This document shows, piece after piece, positions 1 through 8,489 of a stretch of DNA of 35,499 nucleotides (within the stretch, counting starts at the first letter, position 1; the number at the start of each line of letters is the position of its first letter). The position numbers and the translations under genes are program-made. Below the pieces are notes generated by a model. It searched no databases, was not told the DNA's origin, and saw only the letters and a list, made by a program, of their open reading frames with translations. The stretch lies in the IMG/VR virus record IMGVR_UViG_2541047894_000004, one strand, 5' to 3'. The stretch is from a virus. Taxonomy: Duplodnaviria > Heunggongvirae > Uroviricota > Caudoviricetes.

Positions 1-1236
1 CTACGATAACCGCGCATTCAACATAGCTACCTGTTCGTCGTTCATGTCATCAATCCACATACCGTAAATTTCATACACCATCTGCGCAGTTTCATGCCCC
101 ATCTGGCTGGCTATAAATGCCGGGTTCGCTCCTGCCGTCAACAGCCAGCAGGCAAAAGTATGTCGCGTATGGTACGGATTACGGCGGCGAATACCAGCAC
201 GTTTTACTGCTGCATTCCATCTCGCACCCAAACTGCTTACCGAGTAATAAGGTTTCTGTTTTCCGTTACACATCCTGGGCATGAAAACAAAATGCAGTTT
301 TTGCTTTTCGGTTCTGCCGTACTCCCGATGATAAAAAGTGATTTCGCTTTTGCGATGATGCCCGGTCAGTTTGTATTGCTCCTTCAGTGCTTCAAGAGCT
401 GGCTGTAGTAGTGTTACCGTCCGGATCCCCGCATTTGTTTTTGGGGGACCGAACATATCAAGTATCGTCAGGTTTCTTCTGACATTCACAATTCCCTTCT
501 CGAAATCCACATCCTCCCACGCCAGAGCTGCCAGTTCCCCGTGACGAAGCCCGGAGTAAACGGCAAATTTCCACAAGTTTTGGCTCTGTCCTTTTTCACT
601 TTCCATTAATGCATTGAATTCTGTTTTAGATAACGGGTCAGGCTTTATTCTGTTTCGCTGTAATTTTTTTACTCCTTCAAATGGTTTGGTTGATATAAAT
701 CCCGACTGATACGCAAAACGTAACAACGAACAGAGCAGGGCGATATAGTTATCAACTGTGCGCACGGTTCTTCCTTTTTTGTTGGATCTTGGATTATCCA
801 GGTAAAGCGTTTCTCCATGCAGCAGTTCATTCCGGTAGTTTAAGATATCGCTATAACGAATATGCGATATCGGGGTACTCTCACAAATTATTATCCTGAG
901 TGTTTTTAATTGTGATTTCGTTTTCTTCATTGTGTTTGTTGTTAACTCTGTCTCTTTAATTTTTGTCCAGATATCACAAAGCTCCCCGAACGTTTTTATG
1001 ACTCTCGTTGTCACCATTTTTGCCCCAGTGCTGGACTGGGGAAAACGTCTTAAATACTCAAATTCACCGGAACTGATTTCATGAACTATCAACGCTCTTA
1101 AATTCCCGGCCTTTTTAATGTTACTGTTAGTAATCTCCCAGCCTTTCAATGTTTCCCGACATCGTTTGCCTCGAAACATGAACCAGATGCGAATGTATTT
1201 ACCTCGAATCTCGACACCTGTTGGTAATTTAGACAT
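1..1236 (-). CDS. intR: Tyrosine-type site-specific integrase (IntR-like), 411 aa
   Basis: Full 411-aa ORF including stop; C-terminal HTRHTFA (HxxR) region typical of tyrosine recombinases; sits at prophage end next to xis. Confidence 0.93.
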   Translation of the reverse strand: MSKLPTGVEIRGKYIRIWFMFRGKRCRETLKGWEITNSNIKKAGNLRALIVHEISSGEFEYLRRFPQSSTGAKMVTTRVIKTFGELCDIWTKIKETELTTNTMKKTKSQLKTLRIIICESTPISHIRYSDILNYRNELLHGETLYLDNPRSNKKGRTVRTVDNYIALLCSLLRFAYQSGFISTKPFEGVKKLQRNRIKPDPLSKTEFNALMESEKGQSQNLWKFAVYSGLRHGELAALAWEDVDFEKGIVNVRRNLTILDMFGPPKTNAGIRTVTLLQPALEALKEQYKLTGHHRKSEITFYHREYGRTEKQKLHFVFMPRMCNGKQKPYYSVSSLGARWNAAVKRAGIRRRNPYHTRHTFACWLLTAGANPAFIASQMGHETAQMVYEIYGMWIDDMNDEQVAMLNARLS

Positions 1237-1237
1237 A

Positions 1238-1453
1238 TCATGAGTCTTTGATAAACTGATTTATCTTCGGATAGTTGTACCAGATAATCCCTCGCTTACT
1301 GTCTGGCTTCCCTAAAGGAGATACTCGTTTGAAGTGGAAGCCTTCCACCCAACAGTTCTGGCGGTATGCTTCAATTTGTCTGGCACCCAGACCAGTGCGA
1401 AGCATCAGGCCGTATTCAACCATCCACTCTTCATTAAAGATTACTTGTGCCAT
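1238..1453 (-). CDS. xisR: Excisionase (XisR/YdaQ-like), 71 aa from the internal ATG
   Basis: Small ORF immediately upstream of int; the ORF-track start at 1477 is TTG, the ATG at 1453 gives 71 aa ([10 protein letters not shown]...). Confidence 0.8.
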   Translation of the reverse strand: MAQVIFNEEWMVEYGLMLRTGLGARQIEAYRQNCWVEGFHFKRVSPLGKPDSKRGIIWYNYPKINQFIKDS

Positions 1454-1552
1454 CGCATCACCTCTGGCAGGCGCCAATGTTAGGCTGAAATTGACGCCCG
1501 ATGTTGATTATTAATAATCAGCTATGAAGTTTTAATTTGAATACAATGCAAT

Positions 1553-1741
1553 TCACGAGGACTGAAGTTTCTCGCAATTAAAATTTATCAGTTTTACTTT
1601 CTGCTCTCTGGAAACGCCCGCTTCTTTTTTACCTGAGAGCATTTTTTCGCATTCTGATTTCGTTAGTTTAGATTTTGAATATCTTGTCCAGTTAGTAGGA
1701 GTGCCACCTTCCTTTTCAATAGTGGCGGTAATTTTATACAT
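1553..1741 (-). CDS. ydaC: Small Rac early protein (YdaC/RcbA-like); start uncertain (ATG at 1741 or 1753)
   Basis: ORF between xis and ralR; GGAGG 5 nt upstream of the ATG at 1741; that start codon overlaps the last ralR codons. Confidence 0.55.
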   Translation of the reverse strand: MYKITATIEKEGGTPTNWTRYSKSKLTKSECEKMLSGKKEAGVSREQKVKLINFNCEKLQSS

Positions 1742-1928
1742 GAACACCTCCATTATTATTTCCAGTGGTTCGTTTATTCCATCTTTCGAGTGCTTCTTTT
1801 TCACTTCCACCATAACCGGTTCGGGATTCGCATCCGTTACACTTCGCTCGGTAATATCCTGAAATGGCTTTCACCGTTACTGATGGACAACCACAAAATG
1901 GACATGGTTTAACATTGTCATATCTCAT
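1734..1928 (-). CDS. ralR: Restriction-alleviation protein Lar/RalR, 64 aa, Cys4 zinc ribbon
   Basis: MRYDNVKPCPFCGC...CNGCESRTGY with CxxC...CxxC; length and position match recalled Rac RalR. Confidence 0.88.
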   Translation of the reverse strand: MRYDNVKPCPFCGCPSVTVKAISGYYRAKCNGCESRTGYGGSEKEALERWNKRTTGNNNGGVHV

Positions 1929-1984
1929 AATTTTTCTCATAAAAAATATTTCAAGTTGGCGGTGCATTACACCGCCAGGCTGAA

Positions 1985-2530
1985 TTATTCCTCTGAATTA
2001 TCGATTACACTGTATTCCCCGGTTAATACAGAGGAATCTGCAGGATCGATTGTCAGTGGTTCCTTTTCATCCATTGATACTGCACGCTGGATCTCAATTG
2101 ATACGGGCAGATATTTGAACAGGCGACGAATAGCCGTTTTCTTTGCCATTTCTTCCCAGTGAGTTACCCACGGCCCGTTATTACCAGCTTTACTCAGGCT
2201 GCGCACCAGCTCAATCTGTTTGCGCGTCATAACTTCAAACTGAGTACCTCCGTCTTTCAGTCTTGCGACAGCATAGACGTGGGTAACCGGGGCATCTTCG
2301 TTTTCTCCCGGGCGGTGTATTAACTTTTCATCAAGGCCAAATTCGAAGCTAAACTCGTCACCTTCACGGACAACACGGGCTGACAGGCTGGCGATTTTAC
2401 CTGACTTAACGATCAGGTAGTCCAGAGTGGCACAGGTCGATTCAAAATCGTTGCTTGCCCACAGGACGACGTCAGGTTCACCGGATGATTTTTTCGCTTT
2501 CCGTAACAGGAAGAGTGGTTTTGTGCTCAT
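1985..2530 (-). CDS. recT: Truncated RecT-family annealing protein: RecE-like N-terminal 45 aa fused in frame to RecT C-terminal ~136 aa
   Basis: 181-aa ORF; C-terminal part ([31 protein letters not shown]...[35 protein letters not shown]...[12 protein letters not shown]) matches recalled RecT; N-terminal [45 protein letters not shown] matches recalled RecE start; junction near 2396. Confidence 0.7.
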
Positions 2531-2631
2531 TGTTTTTTAACCTCAACTCAGATTAAAATTCGTTTTGTTCAGTGAATGATCTTGCCGGATACACACTGTT
2601 CATAGCCTGCGCCATACGCAGGCTATTTCTT

Positions 2632-2907
2632 TCAGATTTCACCTTTTAATTTCATTGCAATCAGAGTTGCCAGAAATCCGGCTTTTTTTTCTGCGGGCAG
2701 ATTCTTTCCGATATGCACCAGGCTCATTTTTTTGACACCTTCGTGAAGTGTTTTAACGTTGCCTGATGGACCGTCGATATCAACTACAGTGAATGGGGTT
2801 TCTTTATTTTCTGTTTTAATCACGTAGCCAATACGCTTTCCTTCCAGATTAACCTCGTGAACAATGTCATCAGTAGTTACAATAGTGGTTTCATAATTAG
2901 TAATCAT
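2632..2907 (-). CDS. racC: RacC-like small protein, 91 aa
   Basis: AAGGAG 6 nt upstream of the ATG at 2907 (MITNYETTIV...); the ORF-track start at 2955 lacks an RBS. Confidence 0.78.
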   Translation of the reverse strand: MITNYETTIVTTDDIVHEVNLEGKRIGYVIKTENKETPFTVVDIDGPSGNVKTLHEGVKKMSLVHIGKNLPAEKKAGFLATLIAMKLKGEI

Positions 2908-2981
2908 GTTTTTCTCCTTAATTAAGGTTGAGCGAATCCCTGCCATTGCTGGCATGAATTCAGTTTCGCATAGTCAGTTAA

Positions 2982-3152
2982 TTAAAGTTCGTGTGCCATC
3001 TGGTCTTTTTCGGCACAGATTTCACTACAATATTTTTTCATTTCCGTCGTTGGTATAACTCCACGCATGAAATGAAGTGGTCTTTTAATGCTTTTGCTTT
3101 CTTCAACTCCTTTATTGCAAAGGTGGTAAGCACATTTTATTTTCTCAGTCAT
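2982..3152 (-). CDS. ydaE: YdaE-like Cys-rich small protein, 56 aa
   Basis: Hand-translated: [56 protein letters not shown]; its ATG overlaps the kilR stop (ATGA); below the ORF-track size cutoff. Confidence 0.65.
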   Translation of the reverse strand: MTEKIKCAYHLCNKGVEESKSIKRPLHFMRGVIPTTEMKKYCSEICAEKDQMAHEL

Positions 3153-3373
3153 CACCATGATTCCGCCTTTACAGGTAAGCCATCACGACCGAGGAAAACT
3201 TTAATCATGCAGTCAGTAATGCATGTTTTTGTGGTCAGGTTACGAATATAAAGTTTTCGCTTTTTAATATTGTTTGCCGAGGCAATATATGTCCGGCCGT
3301 TATGAAGAACATAATCACCAGGAGTCACACACTGACGTGGTATTTCATCAGTTCCGAAGTGATGAGCAATCAT
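3152..3373 (-). CDS. kilR: KilR-like cell-division inhibitor, 73 aa
   Basis: [46 protein letters not shown]... matches recalled KilR; first gene of the leftward early operon. Confidence 0.82.
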   Translation of the reverse strand: MIAHHFGTDEIPRQCVTPGDYVLHNGRTYIASANNIKKRKLYIRNLTTKTCITDCMIKVFLGRDGLPVKAESW

Positions 3374-3803
3374 AATTATCTCCATTTTCACAAATGAACT
3401 TTGTTGATGCGGTGCCTGGTGCCTCCAGGTGACGTTAACCAGTTAACAATTAACGCCGGATAATCCACCCATAACTCTGATGCTTTTAACTGTTCCGCGT
3501 GCGCTTAGCCGCATTCACCGCATCACAAAATTCACTTTAAAAAGGGCGGACATCAGCCGAACTTCAAGAAAAAACTGATGCCGCCAAGGCTACACACAGC
3601 AATGTCGTTATTTACAACCGGAGGCGCACTCCCACCATTTAAATTTAACAGACAAGACCGACTCTTTATGGATACCGGAAATGCGCCTTCGTGTTGTGCC
3701 CGGTTTTATTTCACCACCTCCGGGCTTCGGTGGTCTCGGCTATACCCCTACAGCGAGAGCTTGTGTTAACATTTCAATACCCTTACAGTTGAGAGTTATT
3801 GAT

Positions 3804-4292
3804 ATGTTGGATGTATTTACTCCATTGTTGAAACTTTTTGCTAACGAGCCACTCGAAAGACTTATGTATACGATTATCATTTTTGGTCTCACTCTCTGGC
3901 TGATACCGAAAGAGTTTACTGTCGCATTCAATGCTTATACTGAAATACCTTGGCTCTTTCAGATTATCGTTTTTGCCTTTTCTTTCGTGGTCGCCATTTC
4001 CTTCTCAAGATTGCGAGCACATATTCAAAAGCATTATTCATTACTACCAGAGCAACGTGTATTGCTTCGTTTATCTGAGAAAGAAATCGCTGTATTTAAA
4101 GATTTCCTTAAAACAGGAAATCTTATTATCACTTCTCCTTGCCGTAACCCGGTTATGAAAAAATTAGAACGGAAGGGCATCATTCAACATCAGAGTGATA
4201 GCGCAAACTGTTCTTATTATCTCGTCACCGAAAAATACTCCCATTTTATGAAGTTATTCTGGAACAGCAGGAGTAGACGTTTTAATCGTTAG
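3804..4292 (+). CDS. sieB: Superinfection exclusion protein B, 162 aa
   Basis: From the ATG at 3804 (MLDVFTPLLKLFANEPLERLMYTIIIFGLTLWLIPK...), hydrophobic N-terminus; the ORF-track N-terminal extension was discarded. Confidence 0.88.
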   Translation: MLDVFTPLLKLFANEPLERLMYTIIIFGLTLWLIPKEFTVAFNAYTEIPWLFQIIVFAFSFVVAISFSRLRAHIQKHYSLLPEQRVLLRLSEKEIAVFKDFLKTGNLIITSPCRNPVMKKLERKGIIQHQSDSANCSYYLVTEKYSHFMKLFWNSRSRRFNR

Positions 4293-4455
4293 CTTACTGT
4301 GTGCTTCTCCAACCATCGGCGCGCACCAGTTTCGGTTTTAAATGTTTTGCTTTTTGTATACGTCATCGCGGTGAACGTACCGTCCTGGTTGGGTAACACG
4401 CCGCACACCAGGGATTAGTTGTTGCCGAGGTCGATTTTTTGCATTTTGGGAACTC

Positions 4456-4590
4456 TCACATCTTGTTGTTGCGGATAGAGGCTTCTGCTTGCCAGAGATC
4501 CCAGTCGTTGCTGCGTAAAGCCTGCACAGCCTGGTTGTAAGTGATACCGCAACAATCCATCAAATACTGAATTACTTCGTAATGCACCAT
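4456..4590 (-). CDS. Small prophage protein, 44 aa (YdaF/YdaG-like)
   Basis: ATG at 4590 preceded by AAGGGG; product MVHYEVIQYLMDCCGITYNQAVQALRSNDWDLWQAEASIRNNKM. Confidence 0.5.
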   Translation of the reverse strand: MVHYEVIQYLMDCCGITYNQAVQALRSNDWDLWQAEASIRNNKM

Positions 4591-4780
4591 CTTTTTTCCC
4601 CTTAACGCCGGGGGGCGGAACGTTTTATCTACTGCGCTTTGTATCAATCAACAACTGCCGTCATGTTCGTATGCCTCAGGCTGGCTACTTAGCCCTGTTC
4701 AGTGGCTGGATAACTCGAGGTATTGTCCTGCCGTTCTCCGGTGGGGCGTTGTTTGGATATGCTTATTAAACACAATTGGT

Positions 4781-4805
4781 TTTTGTGTGTCAACACAAAA
4801 TGTGT
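4781..4805. promoter_or_regulatory. Operator-like overlapping palindromes TTTTGTGT-GTCA-ACACAAAA-TGTGT downstream of racR
   Basis: Perfect inverted repeats read directly from the sequence; same ACACA/TGTGT half-site as in the racR-ydaS intergenic region. Confidence 0.45.
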
Positions 4806-4837
4806 TTTTATAGTGGCGTGTCATATGATGATGGTAC

Positions 4838-4861
4838 AAAAAAAGCCCGCCGATAGCGGGC
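4838..4861 (-). terminator. Rho-independent terminator downstream of racR
   Basis: On the minus strand: GCCCGC-tatcg-GCGGGC stem-loop followed by a U7 tract, 32 nt after the racR stop. Confidence 0.75.
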
Positions 4862-4892
4862 TGATTGGCATATTACTGTGATAGCAAGATCA

Positions 4893-5312
4893 TTACTCCG
4901 GTGGGGGGGTATCTTTAAGCCTGCCCCTCAAATATTTTTCTACATACTCGTCGATTTCTTTTAGCCGGACTTCAAATAGCTCAATCATTCGTTGTTGTTC
5001 TGAGCCCGGTAGCTGGTTAAACAACTCAAGAAGTTTTCGTTGGGATTCATTTAACCACAATTCAGAAGAGTCTTTTTCCCCAAAGAGGAGCTCAGGAGGA
5101 GATATGCCCAGTGCCTTTCCCAGGACGACAGCATCATGCACTCCAACATTTCTGCTGCCCGCCTCATAGTTACCTATACGCGATTGCGTCCATCCGCAGA
5201 TTTCAGCAAGTTTTCCTTGAGATAAACCAAGCTTCTGCCTGCGCTCTTTAAGACGCATTGCAATTTTGTCATTGAGCCTACTAGCGGCAATTTTTTCGTT
5301 TTCTTTTTCCAT
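4893..5312 (-). CDS. racR: CI-like HTH (XRE family) prophage repressor, RacR-like, 139 aa
   Basis: HTH-like stretch LGLSQGKLAEICGWTQSRIGNYEAG; divergent from a cro-like gene; RBS AAGGA upstream. Confidence 0.82.
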   Translation of the reverse strand: MEKENEKIAASRLNDKIAMRLKERRQKLGLSQGKLAEICGWTQSRIGNYEAGSRNVGVHDAVVLGKALGISPPELLFGEKDSSELWLNESQRKLLELFNQLPGSEQQRMIELFEVRLKEIDEYVEKYLRGRLKDTPPPE

Positions 5313-5323
5313 TTCGTCCTTGT

Positions 5324-5390
5324 ATCACGAATCGTGATTTATATAAAACACAAAATAGCTTGACCGTAAAACACAAGATGTGTTTAAAAT
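5324..5390. promoter_or_regulatory. Divergent promoter/operator region between racR and ydaS
   Basis: Palindromes ATCACGA-A-TCGTGAT (5324-5338) and AAACACA-AGA-TGTGTTT (5369-5385) in the 96-bp gap between divergent HTH genes. Confidence 0.5.
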
Positions 5391-5408
5391 TGTCGTCGGA
5401 GGTTTTTA

Positions 5409-5651
5409 ATGAACAAAATTTCAACATATCGAAAACAACTTGGTCTGTCTCAAAGACAACTCGCTGTTCAGCTAGGGTGGATACAAAGCCGACTAGCAAA
5501 TTACGAAGCAAACTTTCGTACCCCTGGGCTAGAGGAGTGCAGAAAAATTGTTTCCACCCTTAATCGGCTTGGTGCTCATTGTGGACTTGACGATGTATTC
5601 CCCCCAGACGGTAAGCATAGCGAAAACAGCATAGGAGCGGTTGATTCATGA
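5409..5651 (+). CDS. ydaS: Cro-like HTH protein (YdaS-like), 80 aa
   Basis: GGAGG RBS; HTH-like LGLSQRQLAVQLGWIQSRLANYEA; divergent from the repressor. Confidence 0.78.
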   Translation: MNKISTYRKQLGLSQRQLAVQLGWIQSRLANYEANFRTPGLEECRKIVSTLNRLGAHCGLDDVFPPDGKHSENSIGAVDS

Positions 5652-6070
5652 AAATCAGGCATGAGCACATCGAATCAGTGTTGTTAGCCCTGGCAGCCGA
5701 AAAAGGGCAGGCGTGGGTTGCTAACGCAATTACTGAAGAATATCTGCGCCAGGGGGGCGGCGAATTGCCCCTGGTACCAGGCAAGGACTGGAACAATCAG
5801 CAGAATATCTATCACCGTTGGTTGAAAGGTGAAACGAAAGCGCAAAGGGAAAAAATTCAGAAACTGATCCCTGCGGTTCTGGCAATTCTTCCGCGCGAGC
5901 TGCGTCACCGACTCTGCATCTTCGATACCCTGGAACGCCGTGCATTACTGGCGGCGCAGGAAGCGTTGAGTACGGCAATTGATGCGCATGATGATGCAGT
6001 CCAGGCCGTTTACCGTAAAGCATATTTCAGCGGCGGTGGGTCGCCCGGCGATTCTGTCGTAGTGCATTGA
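5648..6070 (+). CDS. ydaT: YdaT-like (CII-like) protein, 140 aa
   Basis: Start overlaps the ydaS stop (ATGA); length matches recalled YdaT; position equivalent to lambda cII. Confidence 0.75.
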   Translation: MKIRHEHIESVLLALAAEKGQAWVANAITEEYLRQGGGELPLVPGKDWNNQQNIYHRWLKGETKAQREKIQKLIPAVLAILPRELRHRLCIFDTLERRALLAAQEALSTAIDAHDDAVQAVYRKAYFSGGGSPGDSVVVH

Positions 6071-6114
6071 TTGAAATTAATCGTGCCGGACTGTTTTGTT
6101 CGGTATCAGTTAAA

Positions 6115-6558
6115 TGTAACGCTTACAGCGTTACAAGGTGAAAACAATATGGCTTCAAACTGGATAAAGCTCGAGGTTATTACGCCGGATAAGCCGGAAA
6201 TATTCAGGCTTGCTGAGATTCTGAATATTGATCCAGATGCCGCATTAGGGAAAGTCATTCGCTTCTGGGCATGGGCGGATCAACAAATGATAGACGGTAA
6301 CGCAGAGTGTAACGCTCGCGGCGTTACAAAAAGTGCAATAGATCGCATCACTTTTATGGCTGGTTTTGCTGATGCGTTAATTCAGGTTGGATGGCTGGTC
6401 GAAAATAACGGTGGGCTTTCTCTACCTAACTTTGAACGTCATAACGGAAAAAGCTCTAAAAAACGGGCGATTACAAACGAGAGGGTTACAAAAATACGCG
6501 AACTGAAACGAAAAGGTAACGCTGCCAGCGTTACACAAACGGATCAAAAAGCGTTACC
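6115..6558. repeat. Ori-like array of GTAACGC/GCGTTAC palindromes and half-sites with phased A-tracts
   Basis: Palindromes TGTAACGCT-TAC-AGCGTTACA (6115-6135), TGTAACGC-TCGCG-GCGTTACA (6308-6328), GTAACGCTG-C-CAGCGTTAC (6516-6534); half-sites at 6470, 6484, 6551; A-tracts 6440-6515; GAGGAA x3 at 6560-6577. Confidence 0.5.
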
Positions 6559-6937
6559 AGAGGAAGAGGAAGAGGAAGATATAAATACTGATCTCCCCCT
6601 AAATCCCCCTCGCCAAAAACGAGCATCTAAAAAATTCGAGCCGGAGGCTATTGAGTTGCCCGATTGGTTGCCGGAAACACTCTGGCATGAGTGGGTCCGG
6701 TTCAGGCAGGCATTGCGAAAACCGATTCGAACGGAGCAGGGCGCTAACGGGGCGATACGGGAACTGGAAAAATTCCGCCAGCAGGGTTTTACCCCTGAGC
6801 AGGTGATTCGACATAGCATCGCCAATGAATACCAGGGCTTGTTCGCGCCGAAAGGTGTTCGGCCTGAGACGTTGCTCAGACAGGTTAACACTGTCTCGTT
6901 GCCGGACAGTGCGATCCCGCCAGGCTTCAGGGGGTAA
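6149..6937 (+). CDS. ydaU: Replication initiator O-like protein (YdaU-like); start taken at the ATG at 6149 (AAGGTG RBS)
   Basis: Sits just upstream of the DnaC-like gene; carries internal palindromic repeats and an acidic EEEEEED linker as in lambda O; the ORF-track start at 6071 is TTG. Confidence 0.75.
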   Translation: MASNWIKLEVITPDKPEIFRLAEILNIDPDAALGKVIRFWAWADQQMIDGNAECNARGVTKSAIDRITFMAGFADALIQVGWLVENNGGLSLPNFERHNGKSSKKRAITNERVTKIRELKRKGNAASVTQTDQKALPEEEEEEDINTDLPLNPPRQKRASKKFEPEAIELPDWLPETLWHEWVRFRQALRKPIRTEQGANGAIRELEKFRQQGFTPEQVIRHSIANEYQGLFAPKGVRPETLLRQVNTVSLPDSAIPPGFRG

Positions 6938-6943
6938 CGAACC

Positions 6944-7690
6944 ATGAAAAATATTGCGACAGGCGGCGTTCTGGAACGCATCCGCCGACTGACCCCGCCA
7001 CATGTAACCGCCCCATTCAGAACGGTAGCGGAGTGGCGCGAGTGGCAACTTGCTGAAGGCCAGAAACGTAGCGAGGAGATCAACCGCCTGAATCGCCAGT
7101 TGCGGGTGGAAAAAATTCTGAATCGCTCAGGCATCCAGCCGTTGCACCGTAAATGCTCGTTTGCGAATTACCAGGTGCAGAACGACGGTCAGCGATACGC
7201 GTTGAGCCAGGCGAAATCTATCGCTGATGAACTGATGACCGGGTGTACAAATTTTGCGTTCAGCGGAAAACCTGGTACCGGAAAAAACCATCTGGCGGCG
7301 GCTATCGGGAATCGCCTGCTGAAAGATGGCCAGACAGTGATTGTGGTTACCGTGGCTGATGTCATGAGTGCTCTACACGCCAGCTATGACGACGGGCAAT
7401 CAGGCGAAAAATTTTTGCGGGAACTGTGCCAAGTGGATCTGCTGGTTCTTGATGAAATTGGCATTCAGCGCGAGACAAAAAACGAGCAGGTGGTGCTGCA
7501 CCAGATTGTTGATCGCCGGACAGCGTCGATGCGCAGCGTGGGGATACTGACAAACCTGAACTATGAGGCCATGAAAACATTGCTCGGCGAGCGGATTATG
7601 GATCGCATGACCATGAACGGCGGGCGATGGGTGAATTTTAACTGGGAGAGCTGGCGTCCGAATGTCGTCCAGCCAGGAATTGCGAAGTGA
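6944..7690 (+). CDS. ydaV: DnaC-like helicase loader, AAA+ ATPase (YdaV-like)
   Basis: Walker [11 protein letters not shown], Walker [10 protein letters not shown]; follows the O-like gene. Confidence 0.9.
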   Translation: MKNIATGGVLERIRRLTPPHVTAPFRTVAEWREWQLAEGQKRSEEINRLNRQLRVEKILNRSGIQPLHRKCSFANYQVQNDGQRYALSQAKSIADELMTGCTNFAFSGKPGTGKNHLAAAIGNRLLKDGQTVIVVTVADVMSALHASYDDGQSGEKFLRELCQVDLLVLDEIGIQRETKNEQVVLHQIVDRRTASMRSVGILTNLNYEAMKTLLGERIMDRMTMNGGRWVNFNWESWRPNVVQPGIAK

Positions 7691-7712
7691 TTTTTACCGG
7701 GAGGAAATTTTA

Positions 7713-8474
7713 ATGGAAACCGTTTTTGATGCACTGAAAGCAATGGGAAAAGCCACGTCGGTAGAACTGGCTGCGCGACTTGATATCAGTCGTGAAGAAG
7801 TGCTGAATGAGCTGTGGGAACTTAAAAAGGCTGGCTTCGTTGATAAAAGCGTATACACCTGGCGTGTGGCTGATAACAACGTTCAGCAGGAACAGCCAGA
7901 GCAGGCAGAACTGCCGGAAGAAACCACCACGGCAACAGTAGCGAAAATCTCAGAGTGCGATTTAACCGCGACGATTGAACAACGTGGCCCACAAACGGCG
8001 GATGAACTGGCTACGTTTTTCGGCACCACATCACGCAAAGTGGCTTCAACGCTGGCAATGGCAATCAGCAAAGGCCGTCTGATTCGCGTTAATCAGAACG
8101 GTAAATTTCGTTACTGCATGCCGGGCGATGATTTACCAGCAGAGCCGAAAGCTGCATCGGTAACGGAAACTGATGGTAAAGCCTTTCCTCAACCAGCAGG
8201 TGTTGCGTTACCGGGACAGGAAGCTGCAACACAGGAAGATATTAAAACAGAAACTGTGGCGGACATTGTGCAGTCGTTGCCATCGTTTACCGAAACGCGA
8301 GCGGATGACCTCGTTCTGCCATCGCTGCATATGGCAAACCGCGAACTGCGTCGGGCGAAAAATCATGTCCAGAAGTGGGAGCGTGTCTGCGCCGCGCTGC
8401 GGGAGCTGAACAAGCACCGGGATATTGTTCGACAGATTACTGATTCTTCTCGCTGTGTTGCATCGGAAAAGTGA
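7713..8474 (+). CDS. Hypothetical nin-region protein, 253 aa, with two winged-helix-like repeats
   Basis: GGGAGG RBS before the ATG at 7713; internal repeat [19 protein letters not shown] / [19 protein letters not shown]; function unknown. Confidence 0.6.
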   Translation: METVFDALKAMGKATSVELAARLDISREEVLNELWELKKAGFVDKSVYTWRVADNNVQQEQPEQAELPEETTTATVAKISECDLTATIEQRGPQTADELATFFGTTSRKVASTLAMAISKGRLIRVNQNGKFRYCMPGDDLPAEPKAASVTETDGKAFPQPAGVALPGQEAATQEDIKTETVADIVQSLPSFTETRADDLVLPSLHMANRELRRAKNHVQKWERVCAALRELNKHRDIVRQITDSSRCVASEK

Positions 8475-8489
8475 TTGCCGGAGGCGCTT

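Noticed and set aside
94-408. 104-aa plus-strand ORF inside the integrase gene
   Set aside because: Lies entirely antisense to the well-supported integrase CDS, with no RBS and no recognisable motif; treated as a chance ORF.
2991-3251. 86-aa plus-strand ORF across the ydaE/kilR region
   Set aside because: Antisense to two compact, well-supported minus-strand genes; Phe/Ser-rich low-complexity translation.
3578-3931. Short ORFs (3578-3769 plus, 3740-3931 minus) and the N-terminal extension of the sieB ORF (3681-3803)
   Set aside because: No RBS or conserved features; the sieB ATG at 3804 with its RBS gives the expected 162-aa protein. The region more likely holds early promoters and operators, which I could not resolve.
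5281-6023. Overlapping minus-strand ORFs (5281-5511, 5560-5796, 5684-5908, 5730-6023) and plus-strand 5360-5563
   Set aside because: They overlap or run antisense to the racR/ydaS/ydaT genes, which have RBSs and HTH motifs; treated as frame artefacts.
6544-7134. 196-aa and 149-aa minus-strand ORFs antisense to ydaU/ydaV
   Set aside because: Arg/Ser/Pro-rich translations typical of antisense frames of GC-rich coding DNA; the sense-strand genes are strongly supported.
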